A stretch of 64,000 nt of DNA from Octopus vulgaris (lineage: Eukaryota), in the NCBI GenBank assembly GCA_951406725.2, contig OX597835.1, positions 45,632,001 to 45,696,000 of the forward strand. The letters are read 5' to 3'. The stretch's first letter is position 1; every line of letters begins with the position of its first letter. The translations under genes and the position numbers were made by a program. Of this stretch, positions 15,508 to 29,320 are shown piece by piece. Under the pieces are notes generated by a model. That model was given only the letters and a program-made list of their open reading frames with translations, did not search any database and had not been told where the DNA came from.

Positions 15508-16535
15508 TTACACATACATGCCTATATATAGACTTAACATTTTCAGATTGTTAACAATGAAGTATATGCATACATATAATTATTAACAATATGAGTAACA
15601 ATGAAGAATAAAAATATATCATTACCAATACTGTATCCTTTCCAATATGTATAGGTTCCGACCTTACTCAGATTACATACACTAAAAATATTGGGGAGAG
15701 GGGAAAGACGATACAAGCCCGACAGCCGTTTCTGAGATCTCGGAGTTATTTCATAATGTTGGCAGTTGTAGCTTATCAAACGTTTACAGCCAGTAATATA
15801 AGCAGAGAACCGTTGATAAAATTCAGAGTCACCTTCATCAAGGTGGATATATATGTATGTATTTACATGTAGGGAGGTTTGTATGTTGACTCACATAAAC
15901 GAAAACATCGGCAGCCGTCATTATAGTCATATATACATGTAAACACATACCCACACATACATACACACTCACACAATCACACACACACACGTACATACAC
16001 ACACACACACACGTACATACACACACATTCACTGGTTTGTAAGGCTGATAGTTAATCCGTGCATATTTATATCAAATGCACTTTAAGTTTGCATTTAGAC
16101 AGCAGCAGCTGAACACATAGGAGACACTACCAAGGTGGTCCCGACGCCCTTCAATGCCCAGGTTCTAAGAGAACGAAACAGTTCTTTGGCGGGTGTTTAT
16201 TCTCTGAAAGTTTCCTGTGTTGTCCGCTCACCCCATAGAGTCTTCCGCTTAATCCCGAAATGATGCAACATGCTCATTTGCAATGAAATCAAGATACATG
16301 TTATGGTTCAACGGTACAACTAGGACTTCCATATCAAAAGAGAGAGGATGAAGAAATCTGAGTGCCATTTGTACTAAGATGATTTAGATCAAGCGCCAAA
16401 CCTTTCCTTGGTTGAAACAATCGGTGCGATATACGCAGACATCGAGAGAACTCCCAAAGATGGGTTCTCTGACACCCCTAACATTCCAGCCTATAATACT
16501 GGGTGCGTTATTTAGTTGGTACCATATTGATTATA

Positions 16536-16587
<52 letters not shown>

Positions 16588-16589
16588 TT

Positions 16590-16682
16590 GCACGGCAGCT
16601 TCGGCAAATGCTTTCCACTATAGCTTCTGACCGACCAAATCCTTTCGAAAGAATTTGGTTGACGGAAACTGAAAGACGCCAG

Positions 16683-16756
<74 letters not shown>

Positions 16757-16975
16757 ATGTACGTGTGTGCGTGTCTTGTGTGCAACATATGTTGCTATAT
16801 TTACGTCACTGTCACTTAACGGTTCGCCAACAAGAAGTCTATTATTGTTTGTAAGACTTATTGTTTGTAAGTGTAGGCTTACAAACAATAAGTCATGGAG
16901 TCGATTTGCAGGACTAAAGGCGGTGCTCCGGCATGGCTGCAGTCAGATGACAGAAACGATTAAAATAATAAAAGA
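16590..16975 (+). mobile_element. SINE family A, 5'-truncated
   Basis: gacggaaactgaaagacgcc, internal (TA)(TG)n, then aaggcggtgctccggcatggctgcagtcagatgac. Confidence 0.8.
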
Positions 16976-17604
16976 ACACGCACACGCACACCACACACAC
17001 GCACATATATATATATATAAACCTACGTATATATGTAAACACGGTACAGTGGGAATGCGTGCAACAAAACGCATATATGTAAATTCTCTGTGCATATGCT
17101 CTTGTATTGACGAGATGTATGTTTCTGTATGTTTGCGTCAGATTTATGCTTGTCTGTGATGTCTGTCATATGCAATGCTCTCACGAGAATGAAAATGGCT
17201 GACGTGAAATTCTATACAATTCTATTTAATCTATTATAATATCGCTTGAAATCGGGTCGATAAATGAAATTTGAAACAAACTGAGAAAAGAAGAAAGATT
17301 AACAAGAAAGACATTAAAAAGAAAACCAATGCAAAATAGAGATGTTTGGACGGGAAGAAGAACGCAGAAAAAGAAAGAATTGTGGAAAGGATGAAGAAAA
17401 GATGAAGAAAAGACAGAATGGCGATTGGCATTACAATAACGAAAAAAATGAAAGAAAAGAATTCTTTAAAATCATATCAATAGCGTTATAAGGAATACGT
17501 ATACATGAAGAAATAAATATCAATAAAATGAAAAAGAAAACAAGAACGAGACGGAAGACATATGGACAGACTATGAAAGAGAACGAAAAGGTGGGCGAGA
17601 GAGG

Positions 17605-17646
<42 letters not shown>

Positions 17647-18098
17647 GGGAGGGAGGGACTCGGGTAATGAAGACAGGTAGGGAAAGAAAGTGAGCAGAAA
17701 GGAGTGGTGAGCACTTTAGAGTAACAGAAAACAATGGCGTATTTCGGTCCTTTACCTGGTTCAATAAAGAAATCGATGTATTTATCGGGAATATTTGGTT
17801 ATCTTTTGATATGGAAAACGGCTCACCAGCCCACTGATAGTTTCACCCCCTCTCTGCTTCTCTCTGCATTTCAGTATCTTTACTAGCTTCTCACTGTCTC
17901 TAGATCTCTCACTCTCTCTAATTCTCTCTCTCTCTCTCTCTCTCTCGTACTCTCGTCCCGCTGCGTACATACAGGCACGCACATATACATATACTTACAT
18001 TCATAAATATGTGTGTGTGTGCGCATACGTATATATGTACATATATATATATATATATACCTGTGTATGCGTTTGCTTGTATGTATGTGTGTGAGTAA

Positions 18099-18141
<43 letters not shown>

Positions 18142-18195
18142 GATACACACATACAATATATATTCGTTTGGATGTGTACGTACAGTTATTTTATT

Positions 18196-18264
<69 letters not shown>

Positions 18265-18849
18265 TGAAAACATAAAATAGCAATGTAACAAAAAACAGAT
18301 CGACACAAATATATATATATATATATATATAATATATATATGAAAAGGAACACACGAGTTGATATATATGAAAAAACAAATATATATATATATATGCCAC
18401 TGCGACATATTGTCTTTGTTGATCTGTCTGTCTTTATGCAACGTTTCTCAAATTCAATATTACTTTATACATTTTTATCCACGTTATTCTGTTTTTTGAG
18501 GTATATATGTATAGTTAGATAGACATACGCACACACAGTCATATACACCAACTACACTTTTAGGTAGCGTATCTATTTCAAATATCAATTGTACCTACCC
18601 ATTAATATTTAAATTTGAAAATTACCCCGAGGCAACGATATACAATGTATAAGTAGCTATTATTCTCTTCAAAACAATTCAGTATTGCAACCCTGTGTTG
18701 CATTTGAAAAAGCTACAGTAGACTTCATGATCTCACAATAGAAACCTCTGTTCACAGACACACATATTCACAATCAGACACAATTAAGAATTTCCTTCAA
18801 ATCTATCTATCTATCTGTCTATCTATCTATCTATTTATATATATATATG

Positions 18850-18931
<82 letters not shown>

Positions 18932-19112
18932 TACATACATATATATATGCATATATACTATATATATATATATACATATATATATAAGCACATGTATATT
19001 AGGTATCTCTCTCTGTGCATATGTATGCATAAATGGGATGTTTATATATATATGTATATACACTTACATACATACACACACGTATATGTATATATACATA
19101 TATATAAGCGTG

Positions 19113-19979
19113 CTAGAATGAAACATGCAGGCGCAGAGTGCTAGAATATTCTCAAGTGTTGAATCTGGAGAAGTACAGGACAAGAAGGAAAATACTTAAA
19201 TTATTGTTCCCGATGTTAGAATCCGCAACATAAATTTCGGAAAGTGTTCATCAAAAAACGTATGCCTTTTTTTGTCTTTAAATGTTTTCGCCTTTTCTTG
19301 CAATTTTTTATAAATAATTAAATAGCTTCTATTTAAGAATTTATATTTAGTACTATATTATTTTATTAATATATTTTCATAGCAAAACTCATTATTCAAA
19401 AATTTTAAATCACATATATTGCATTAAAATTAAATGCATGTACTATATATCTAGTTCAAAAATTAAAGTAAAAATGGCTAAAAGAATTCAGAAACAAAAG
19501 AATTAATTTCTTTATAGTAGACATTATCAGATAACAAAGTATTTTCTATTTACAGTGAAAAGAATATTTCAAACAATGAAAGCTATTTAGTAAATTGAGT
19601 GCAAAATGTAGAAATGACTTTTTAGCTTTTTGTAAAAACTTAGGGGTTATGGTATTTTATCAATTTTGCTTAAATTGCTTTTATGCGATTTTTTTAAATA
19701 TAGTAAGCACTAAATTTGTAATATTAAATTTTTAATGTGTAAACATGCAGAGAAATTTTCGTTTCACTAAAATTGAAAATAGATGGCCACTTAAAAAGAA
19801 GAAACATTAAAGAATATTTATTAGTATTTTAGCTTTCAAATTGTGACTCAACCAGCAATATTTTAAGCATATTTTCGTGTTCTGTACTTTTCCAGTCTGA
19901 AGTACTGCTTGTTCTGTACTTCACCAGGTTCAATACTTAAGAATATTCTAGCATTCTACGCCCGCATGTTACGTTCTAG
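19113..19979. mobile_element. Non-autonomous DNA transposon (MITE) with ~70 bp TIRs
   Basis: ctagaatgaaacatgcaggcgcagagtgctagaatattctcaagtgttgaatctggagaagtacagg at the left is the imperfect reverse complement of 19911-19979; AT-rich non-coding interior. Confidence 0.8.
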
Positions 19980-20029
19980 TCCACTTTTCCTAGGCAACGA
20001 TACTATTACTATAATTAATTATATTTATT

Positions 20030-20180
20030 TCTCAGGAGAACGGCACTGCTTGAATATTCATATATGCTTGGAAGACATTGATGAGGTCTTTGTCGAAATT
20101 GTAATTATTCATCACCTGCCATATCCCAACGTACGAAACATGGTCTAATGTCTTTTTGAAGTCGATGAAGTTGTGGAAGT
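20030..20180 (-). pseudogene. RTE-clade LINE reverse transcriptase fragment (inverted piece)
   Basis: Minus strand FHNFIDFKKTLDHVSYVGIWQVMNNYNFDKDLINVFQAY (FIDFKKAFD motif). Confidence 0.8.
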
Positions 20181-20189
20181 AAGAAGAAA

Positions 20190-20880
20190 TATTACTCACA
20201 AATGTCGAGCTTCAAAATTCTCACACTAATTGGACCATGAGACAAGTTAGTAAAGAACGCTCTGAATAGGAAATTTAGCAAGGATATAAGGGAATCCAAT
20301 GAGTAATGGATAGAAGGAAACTGCAGAATAATGTAAGCTTGGATAGAGAATGTCAACAACAAGGTGGCTTAATAAAATCTGAAAATCTTATTGAAAACAA
20401 AGAAACTCAACAGCAATATCTTTGTGGACAAAACAGGTTTGCTCCACATAGATGAAAATGATGTCATCGAAAGATGGTTTAAGTACTGAAGAGAACTTTA
20501 CAAAGACGAACTTAAACTTCAGAATGGATAATATCCCATCAGAGATCCTAAAACATTGAAAGCCAAAGGTTATAATGCTGCTAACAGTAAATGTGAGAAG
20601 ATATGGGAAACCAAACAATGGCCAAAGGAATGGACCATATTTCTGATGATACACATTTTCAAGAATGGCAACTGAAGACTGCCAGATTTACAGAGAAGTT
20701 AGTCTAATTAGCCATTCCAGCGAAGATTTGCTAAGACTTCCGATAAACACACTTACGGAGAAGGCAGGATTTAAGTCCCAAAGAAGCGTTGTGAAGAAGA
20801 TATCTAACATTAGACTGTTCACTGAGAAACAACTGCAGCATTAATCTGAACTCTATCACAAATTCATCGACTTTAAGTAG
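20190..20880 (+). pseudogene. RTE-clade LINE ORF2 fragment (pre-RT and RT N-terminal motifs), multiple stops/frameshifts
   Basis: DNIPSEILK...CEKIWETKQWPKEWT...CQIYREVSLISHSS...AGFKSQRS...ISNIRLFTEK...LYHKFIDFK*. Confidence 0.85.
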
Positions 20881-21056
20881 GTCTTAACTTTTAAAATGAT
20901 CTGCTTTTCATTTTTTCTGCCACTTACAGTCACAACCACTTTTATTGGAGCAGATTTATTTTTTGCCGAGCTTTTCACTATAAGATACTTGTCATAGAGC
21001 TCGGTCATCTGAAAACGACTACTTTATAGTTAACTTTTACAATATCTGAGCTGCTT

Positions 21057-21430
21057 TGTTAACACGCCGGGCGAAATGCTTAGCGGTATTTCGTCTGCCG
21101 CTACGTTCCGAGTTCAAATTCCGGCGAGGTCGACTTTTCCTTTCATCCTTTCGGGGTCGATTAAAAAAGTACCAGTTACGCACTGGGGTCGATATAATCA
21201 ACTTAATGCGTGTGTCTGTCCTTGTTTATCCCCTCTGTGTTTAGCCCCTTGTGGGTAGTAAAGAAATAGGTATTTCCTATGTCTTTTTGTTCAAATTCTG
21301 CCGTGTTCGACTTTGCCGTGCAATCCTTTCGCGGTCGATAAATTAAGTACCATTTGCATATTGGGATCGATGTAATCGACTGCTTCCTCCCCCCAAATTT
21401 CGGGCCATGTGCCTTGAGTAGAAAAGAATT
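21057..21430 (+). mobile_element. tRNA-derived SINE family B (Nin/Deu-domain-like core) with internal duplication
   Basis: cacgccgggcgaaatgcttagcggtatttcg, B box gagttcaaattcc, core cctttcatcctttcggggtcgat..aagtaccag; core repeated at ~21290-21380. Confidence 0.85.
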
Positions 21431-22134
21431 TCTGAGGTATTTTGATTGAATGTCTTATTTGGGGATTACCTTATTTTTCGTCACATACAATAACTTTATC
21501 GTCGTTAATCTTTTGAACGAGGTTTTCGCTAAAAGATTTTTCTCAATGAGCACATAAGATATTTTGATTCAAATTCAATGTTTCATCTGACTCTCCAGTT
21601 TCTGACATCAGATATTTTGGTGAAACTTTTCTGAATTAATCAAATTTCAAATATTTTATCTCTAAATATCACTCAGGACTGAACCAACATTACTAAAAAT
21701 ACCGAATTCATTTTGGTTGAGGAATAATTAGTGATGAAGCCTAAGAGTTCGCGCGAGTAACTAAAAGTTGTCTTAAGTATATATTCACGTACTGCCGTGA
21801 GTGAATAATGAGGAATTTGGATTCGGATTAGCTAAGGAGTGAATTGGCGATGAATCCTAGAAGTACTCGTAAGTGACTAATAGTTAACCATAACAATATA
21901 TTTAGCGAATGCCCTGGGCGTATTTTACAAACGAATATTAAGGCGGCGAATGTGTTGACATATTACTGTGAATAAAAGAAATCTGATGAATCTATAATGC
22001 AGCTATTGTTTTAAAATAACTGAGATATTTTGCCCAAATATAGTTTGGCACCAGCCAGATCATCAAAACTTTAAAAAGAGCACATCCATTTAGGTGAAAA
22101 CTAAATTCTTCCTGAAACCTAGATTCTTCATGGA

Positions 22135-22202
<68 letters not shown>

Positions 22203-23061
22203 CAATTTAGTTTGGTTCAAATATGTTTGTCACATATTTCAACTGCTAAAGCCAAATATATTGCAGTTACCATGGAGATAGAGAAAAATCTCTCTTAAAT
22301 TAAAAAAAGATGGGAAAACACCTAATTCGTTCGGTGTCGCCCTCTATCAGGATTATCAGGTATCGATATTTCGAGTGTATTGACTCTTCCCTATGAGATG
22401 TACCAAACTGAGCCAACTCTGAACGAAGTGAATAAACCTTATAGCCTTATATATAATTCAGGCGACACATTGACTGATCTGCCAGATCGCAAGATCGAGA
22501 GAAAAATGTCGGAATAATGGTGCTGCCCACACAGAAGAAATATTAGCAAGTCTGGAATAATAATAAGAAAATCCAAATTCATAAAATTCTGTAATTTGGA
22601 CAACGTGGCATGGCGTGAAAGCTTAGCTACGACATCTAAGAAAATTATCAAACTGCTTTAATAAGCACCCGTAATATTGCACTTAAATGTCTTCGGCAAT
22701 AGTGTAGGTATAAGAAGTGGCAATTATGATGATTTCATGGTAATTTGAATGAAATTGCAGTTTAAACGACGTAGAATATACAAAATGCGTTTCGTTTTAT
22801 CGCAGCACATTAATCACAATTAAATATATTCCACGGTAGCAAAACAACAACAACAACAATATCAAAAAGTGTGTTTTCGAAAATCCGGCAAATCTAAAAT
22901 TCTATGAAATTCATGAACCTGCCTACCATAATTTCCTGTCTAATTCTTTCACTTAGGTTTATAGAAAACGAAATTCATAAATTTCAATGCAAAGAAGCTA
23001 GTGGAAAATTCAAAATATAAATATCTTATATATATATATATATATACAAACACACACACAC

Positions 23062-23129
<68 letters not shown>

Positions 23130-23152
23130 GTGTGTGTGTGTGTGTTTGTATG

Positions 23153-23183
<31 letters not shown>

Positions 23184-23345
23184 ATATGTATATACATATA
23201 TACATATATATATAATGATATATATGTATAGGTATATATATGTATATGTAAATATATATAAATACATATATATAGGTATGTATATGTAAAGATATATATA
23301 TATAATTATAATATATATAACATATATATATATATATATATACAT

Positions 23346-23391
<46 letters not shown>

Positions 23392-23957
23392 ACAGATATA
23401 ATTATTTCTATATATAGGTATGTGTATGTGTGTGCCTGTAAAGGAAGACTGTGTGTCTGTGTAGATAGATAAATATATACATATAGGGATATGAACGATT
23501 ATATATATATATATATATGTGTGTGTGTATATATATCCATAAACGAAAGAAAATGATAACAATAACTCCGTAGCGTTTGCGTATAGCTTTACAAGAAACT
23601 TAAGAATGAAGACATGTGTGAAGGCATATATGGGCATACGAAATAATATTACTCCATGCGAGCAAATAAATATGCATCAATGATTAATGCATGCATTCCA
23701 TATCTTAAGAGAGGTTATGCATATGTATATTAAGGTATATATTTTTTCAGGATTCTAAAAACAAACCGAAAATTGTTGATAAATTTGCAACATATAGGCA
23801 ATAAATATTAATCAATTTGCATCTAAAAATTACGGTGCATTTCTATATATCTTTTATTAATAAATATTCCATATATTCGAACGGAAGGCGGGTGCAGGTT
23901 TAACTGCATACAAATATACATTCTGTATGTAGGTATTAATGTACGAACGTCTCCATG

Positions 23958-23996
<39 letters not shown>

Positions 23997-24047
23997 GCAT
24001 GTATATATATATATATATATACACACATATATATGTATATATATATA

Positions 24048-24103
<56 letters not shown>

Positions 24104-24772
24104 TACACATACATACATATATAAACACAAATACATACATATTCATAAATATTTTGCATATATACGCATATTTGCGCGTTGTTTTGTGCTATGTATATAT
24201 ATATATATATATATAAGTACTTATATATGGATATATAGATGTACAAATATATATAAAATTAATGAGAAAGCTGACAAAGAGTGCTCTAAATTAAATTTTC
24301 GGGTTTAAAAAAGTCCTTAGAGAAATAACGTTTTAAATGTTTTAATCCAATGTTGAAAGCTAACGTGCAGAAAGAATCTTTACAATCTATGTATTTACCT
24401 ACCTGTTTATATACATCTACCTATCTCTAGCTATTTATCTGTTACCTGTCTGTGTATCAATCAATCTATGAATCTCTTAATTAATACACGTATATATCAA
24501 TATTTCTTTCGTTGTATCTGTGTGTGTGTATGTGTGTGTGTTTATATATTTATGTATGTATATTTAGATATTTTGGACTAAGTGTGTATGTCGATTAGTG
24601 TGCTGCAGTGCTGAGCAGTGCTGAGCACAAGCACATTTTGGGCTATTTGGCGTCATCCTCAGTCAGGGTATATTCCTGTTGGGTCTACTTTAGGATTTCC
24701 GCAGTGTTGTTAGGATAATTTTAATAATTTCTAAATGAACGAGAATATGGATTTGCTATTAATCTATATTTT

Positions 24773-24850
24773 CAACAACAGTCATTTCGAACCATCGTGG
24801 CACTGTCCACAAATGGCAGTAACTTTTGCAGTCTGGTTCTCATCAGGTAC
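24773..24850 (-). ncRNA. Degenerate hammerhead-like motif
   Basis: Minus strand CTGATGA-GAACC...GGTTC-GAAA-T-gact-GTT with a perfect 5-bp stem II; stem I only 2 bp. Confidence 0.35.
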
Positions 24851-25345
24851 ATCCATACATAAAGTTGTGTCGTTAAAGATCCCTAGTTGTGGCCGTCATG
24901 TCGTTATATGCCCGTCTGTTAGGGAATGAAGCATTGCTACAATTTTCAATTATTGTTATCTTTCATCAAAAAGCGACAGTAACAGGATGGATCGAAACAA
25001 CGGTTGTTCAAAATAAAGATGAACGCCATATCTGTCTACTCTTTCTTAAGAAATTATCCTCTAATCCTTTTCCCCGCCATTTTTTTTCTTAAATCTTTGC
25101 ATGCGATATTTATGTTACTTCTTTTTCAATGTATCAGATGGATACTTACTTTCTTACTTTCCGTATTTTTTTATTATTATTTCATTACGTATAAAACCCC
25201 ACACTTTAAGTCTGTCTTTGTATTGTCTTCCTCATCCTCCACCCTTGTGACAAGTAAATGACATCTGTGTTGTTGTTGTTGACGTTGTTATTATTATTAT
25301 TATTATTATGAATGTACACACTCACACACACACACACACATATAG

Positions 25346-25703
<358 letters not shown>

Positions 25704-25785
25704 GGTCCCGGGTTGATTCGGGTTAACCACAGTAAGTAAGGTACTCAATACATAGCAGAGTAAAATTAATTTATTATATAGAAGG

Positions 25786-25836
25786 AGCTTCTACAGGACT
25801 AGTACTGTTTCATTCAAGAGAAATCTTCAGGAAGCT
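25786..25836 (-). ncRNA. Type I hammerhead ribozyme in a ~145 bp cassette (25701-25845)
   Basis: Minus strand agcttc-CTGAAGA-tttctcttgaat-GAAAC-ag-tactagtc-ct-GTA-gaagct: 6-bp stem I, TTC/GAA stem II (U-U closing), stem III with ACTAGT palindromic loop. Confidence 0.7.
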
Positions 25837-25855
25837 TCCTGAAGATATATATATA

Positions 25856-25897
<42 letters not shown>

Positions 25898-25938
25898 TAG
25901 ATAGATAGGTGGACAGATAAATAATATATACATATGTA

Positions 25939-26690
25939 CAGGGGTTGGACAAAATAATGGGAAAACTTAAAATTTCAAACAAATTTATTTTAATATAGGG
26001 TACGAACGCTTTTGACAATAATTACAGCTTGGATTCTACGAGGTATGGACTCGAACAAAGTTTGAAGTGTTTCCAAAGTATTTTGTTGTCCATTCTTCAG
26101 CTAAAACAGTTTCTAGTTCTAGTAGTGATGAGGGTGGAGGATATTGACTCCTTACTTGTTTTTCTAAAATGCACCATAAATATTCAATAATATTTATATC
26201 TAGAGACGTGGTGGCCAGGTAAGATGTTCGACTTCACTAGAATGCTCCTTGTGCCATTCAGTAACAACTTTAGCTGTGTGAATTGGTGCATTACCATCCT
26301 GAAAGTTTGCGCTTCCCTCCGGAAACTGTTCCGCAACCATAGGATGAATCTGAACGGATAAAATGCTTCAATAGTCTTGACTATTAATTCTGCCATGAAG
26401 TGGAACCATTGGGCCAGCGGATTTCCAGGATATAGCCCCAGATCATTACAGAACCTCCTCCATGCTTAACAGTTGGACGAAGTCAATCTTGGTGAAATGC
26501 TTCTTTTGGCTGTCTCCACACGCATACTTGGCCGGTGAATGGAAATACGGTAAAGGATGACTCGACCGTTAAAATAACATTCGTCCGAATTTTGTAGGTT
26601 TTTACTCCACTCTAAACTCACACTTGCAGCATTTGTTTTTGAAAGTACTGGTTTTCTGATTGCAGCCCTCCCGGGAAATTCGCATTTATG
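25939..26690 (-). mobile_element. Tc1-like (DD34E) transposon remnant, 3' half
   Basis: Minus strand ESSFTVFPFTGQVCVWRQPKEAF...PTVKHGGGSVMIWG...FQDGNAPIHTAK...DINIIEYLWCILEKQVRSQYPPPSSLLELETVLAEEW...FESIPRRIQAVI; TA|CAGGGGTTGGACAAAATAATGG terminus at 25939. Confidence 0.9.
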
Positions 26691-27180
26691 TATATATTGA
26701 TGATACAGATGTTTTAGTGTATATATACGCGAAATATATATATGCGAAAGTAAAATCCGACTATTTCATCGGAGGCTACAGCCACAGGCATTTAAAGCGA
26801 ACACATAGCATTTTTGAGAGATTATAAAGGTATAAATGCAAATAAATACGAGAAGGTTTCATTCCTACATTTATGTGGAATAGTAAATAAAGATTAGGGA
26901 GAAAATGAACAGTATGTGTTTCTATAGACTTTTGCATAACGAGAGTTGTTTACTTTATTCTACCTACCACTCTCAGTTTATGCACAAATTCAACCCACCC
27001 ATAAATCTATATTGGTGTGTACATTACTCTATGCTTCTAAGTCTGTGCTCGAGACTATATATGTATATATATATGTACAAGTGATCTGTATTATATCAAT
27101 ATATCATCGAAGCTAGAATGCCAATTCGTAAAACGAGCAATGCAAAGTAACGATTCTCTGGAAAAATAGTTTCACTGTTA

Positions 27181-27236
<56 letters not shown>

Positions 27237-27558
27237 AAGAGATCATGAGAGAAGGAGAGAGAGATTAGAGAGAGGAGACGGTTATAATCGAAAACATTTT
27301 TTGTAGATGGAAAACATTTAATCTCAGTGGTTGAAAATTTTTTTGAAACTCGCGACTGTAACATTCTCAGTCACAGTTTTAATTTGTAAGTCGTAAGAAG
27401 ATAAATAAACGAAAAAGAAAACCCAAAAGCTTATAACAAACCTCAAGTAATTCTAAGTATAATAGTGCATGCTCAAACAAGGGAACTCACTCTAATGGAG
27501 ACATCTCAGTAGAATTCTTGACACAGCGATCACTATTAATCCTCGAGCAAGTGATATA

Positions 27559-28135
27559 CACAGAGATGCAGGAAGTAAATAGACACCAATAATTTTCAAA
27601 ATCTTTTATTTGATATTAATTGGTGGCAGGAGAGGTTTTCTTCTAGCTGCTCGTCCATAACACCCAAGCTTATCCAGATATGTAACACACGTTCTTGGAC
27701 TAACTTCTAGGTGTTTTGCAATGTCAGAAACCTTCGAACGGGGTTCGTTTTCCACAATTCTCTTAAAACAGCGAAGCTTTCTTCCGTGGGCCCAGGTCGA
27801 CCGGGACGATAATCTATTGATTCTTTTCCTTGGCATTTGAATTGTATTATAATTCTATTAACAGTAGTAAGAGGAATTTGAAAATCTTCGACAATTGTTT
27901 GTTGGCTAAGACCAGCCTCAGATTATCCAACAATACGACCTCTTTGGAAATCTGAGAGTTGTGCTGAATTTTTGGAGCGTGGCAATGCTACTCTTCGCAA
28001 ACGTTTAATATAATGGCACCTGGAATGAAAAAGAATAATTACATTGTAAATTCCACACAGCTGTAAAAATATTAGGACGCTTAGATCAGACATTTTGGAA
28101 ATTAAAGCTGTCTATTGACTTCCTGCACGTCTGTG
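27559..28135 (-). mobile_element. Internally deleted Tc1-like element with intact TIRs and TA TSD; HTH DNA-binding region remnant (~27606-27985)
   Basis: TA|cacagagatgcaggaagtaaatagaca ... tgtctattgacttcctgcacgtctgtg|TA; translation PRSKNSAQLSDFQRGRIVG*...SPRTCVTYLDKLGCYGRAARRKPLL. Confidence 0.9.
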
Positions 28136-28338
28136 TACGTCACTCAGTGAAGAATGTAACTCCCAAAGAGGCTTCTTCAAGGAGTTGCAGGAGAAAATGT
28201 AAGACACACAATGCAACAATGATGAATAAATTGAACAAGTATCTAGCTTTGTCTTTTGTATTTCATCCTAGAGATGTTCTTATTCAACACATCTATAATC
28301 AGACGTGTCTTGCTCATCATACGTTTTTATATTGAGAA

Positions 28339-28685
28339 ATGGTTCCGAGTTCAATCCCACTGCGTGGCACTTTGGTCAAGTGTCTTCTACTATAGCCCCG
28401 GGCCGACCAAAGCCTTGTGAGTAGATTTGGTAGACGGAAACTGAAAGAAGCCTGTCGTATATATGTATATATATGTATATATGTGTGTGTGTTTGTGTGT
28501 CTGTGTTTGTCCTCCCAACATCGCTTGACAACCGATGCTGGTGTGTTCATGTCCCCGTAACTTAGTGGTTCGGCAAAAGAGACCGATGGAATAAGTACTT
28601 GTCTTACAAAGAATAAGTCGACTAAAGGCGATGCTCCAGCATGGCCGCAGTCAAATGACTGAACCAAGTAAAAGAGTAAAGAGAG
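28339..28685 (+). mobile_element. SINE family A, near full length
   Basis: B box gagttcaatccc, actgcgtggcactttggtcaagtgtcttctactatagcc, internal (TA)(TG), 3' gcatggccgcagtcaaatgactgaaccaagtaaaagag. Confidence 0.9.
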
Positions 28686-28719
28686 AGAGTAGAGTGTGTT
28701 TATATTTAAGGTGGTTTGA

Positions 28720-28925
28720 AGGCGGTGCACAGGAAGGTCGTTAGCCTGCCGCCAAAAGGCTTGGAATTTCGTTCGCCTTAACGTCCCGAGTGCAAATTTC
28801 GTCGTGGTCAACATTGATTTTCATAATTTTGGAGTCGAGAAAATAAGTACCACTTGAGCTGTAGGGTTAATGTAATATACTTTCTTTCTCCTAAAATTGC
28901 TGGCCTTGTGCCATGAATTGAAAGC
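28720..28925 (+). mobile_element. SINE family B, old copy
   Basis: ggcggtgcacagg...gagtgcaaatttc...aaataagtaccac...aaattgctggccttgtgcc. Confidence 0.6.
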
Positions 28926-29039
28926 AATATATAAGGGGATTGGGTTTGTTGAACTGACATTGTTTTTGCTTTTTCCAAGTCGACCGATCGATCACGTAAT
29001 GTTGTCCGTTTAAAAATATACAAGTGAAAGGTAACGTTG

Positions 29040-29172
29040 ATGACAACGCCGATGATGATGGTGATGATCAGGAAGAGGAGTGCGGTGGAGATGATGATGA
29101 TGGTGATGATGATGACGACGACGATGATGATGGTGATGATCAGGAAGAGGAGTGTGGTGGAGATGATGATGG

Positions 29173-29215
<43 letters not shown>

Positions 29216-29320
29216 AGCGACGACGATGATGATGATGACGACGACGACGACGACGACAACGATGACGTTCATGATGATGGTGACAGCGACGATGACGATG
29301 TCCGCAACAACAACGACGGC
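29040..29320. repeat. (GAT/GAC)n trinucleotide array with a 72-bp internal duplication
   Basis: caggaagaggagtg(c/t)ggtggagat at 29069 and 29141. Confidence 0.9.

Noticed and set aside
21725-21925. Degenerate ~117-bp direct repeat containing gatgaa
   Set aside because: Too diverged to interpret; no ribozyme or coding signal.
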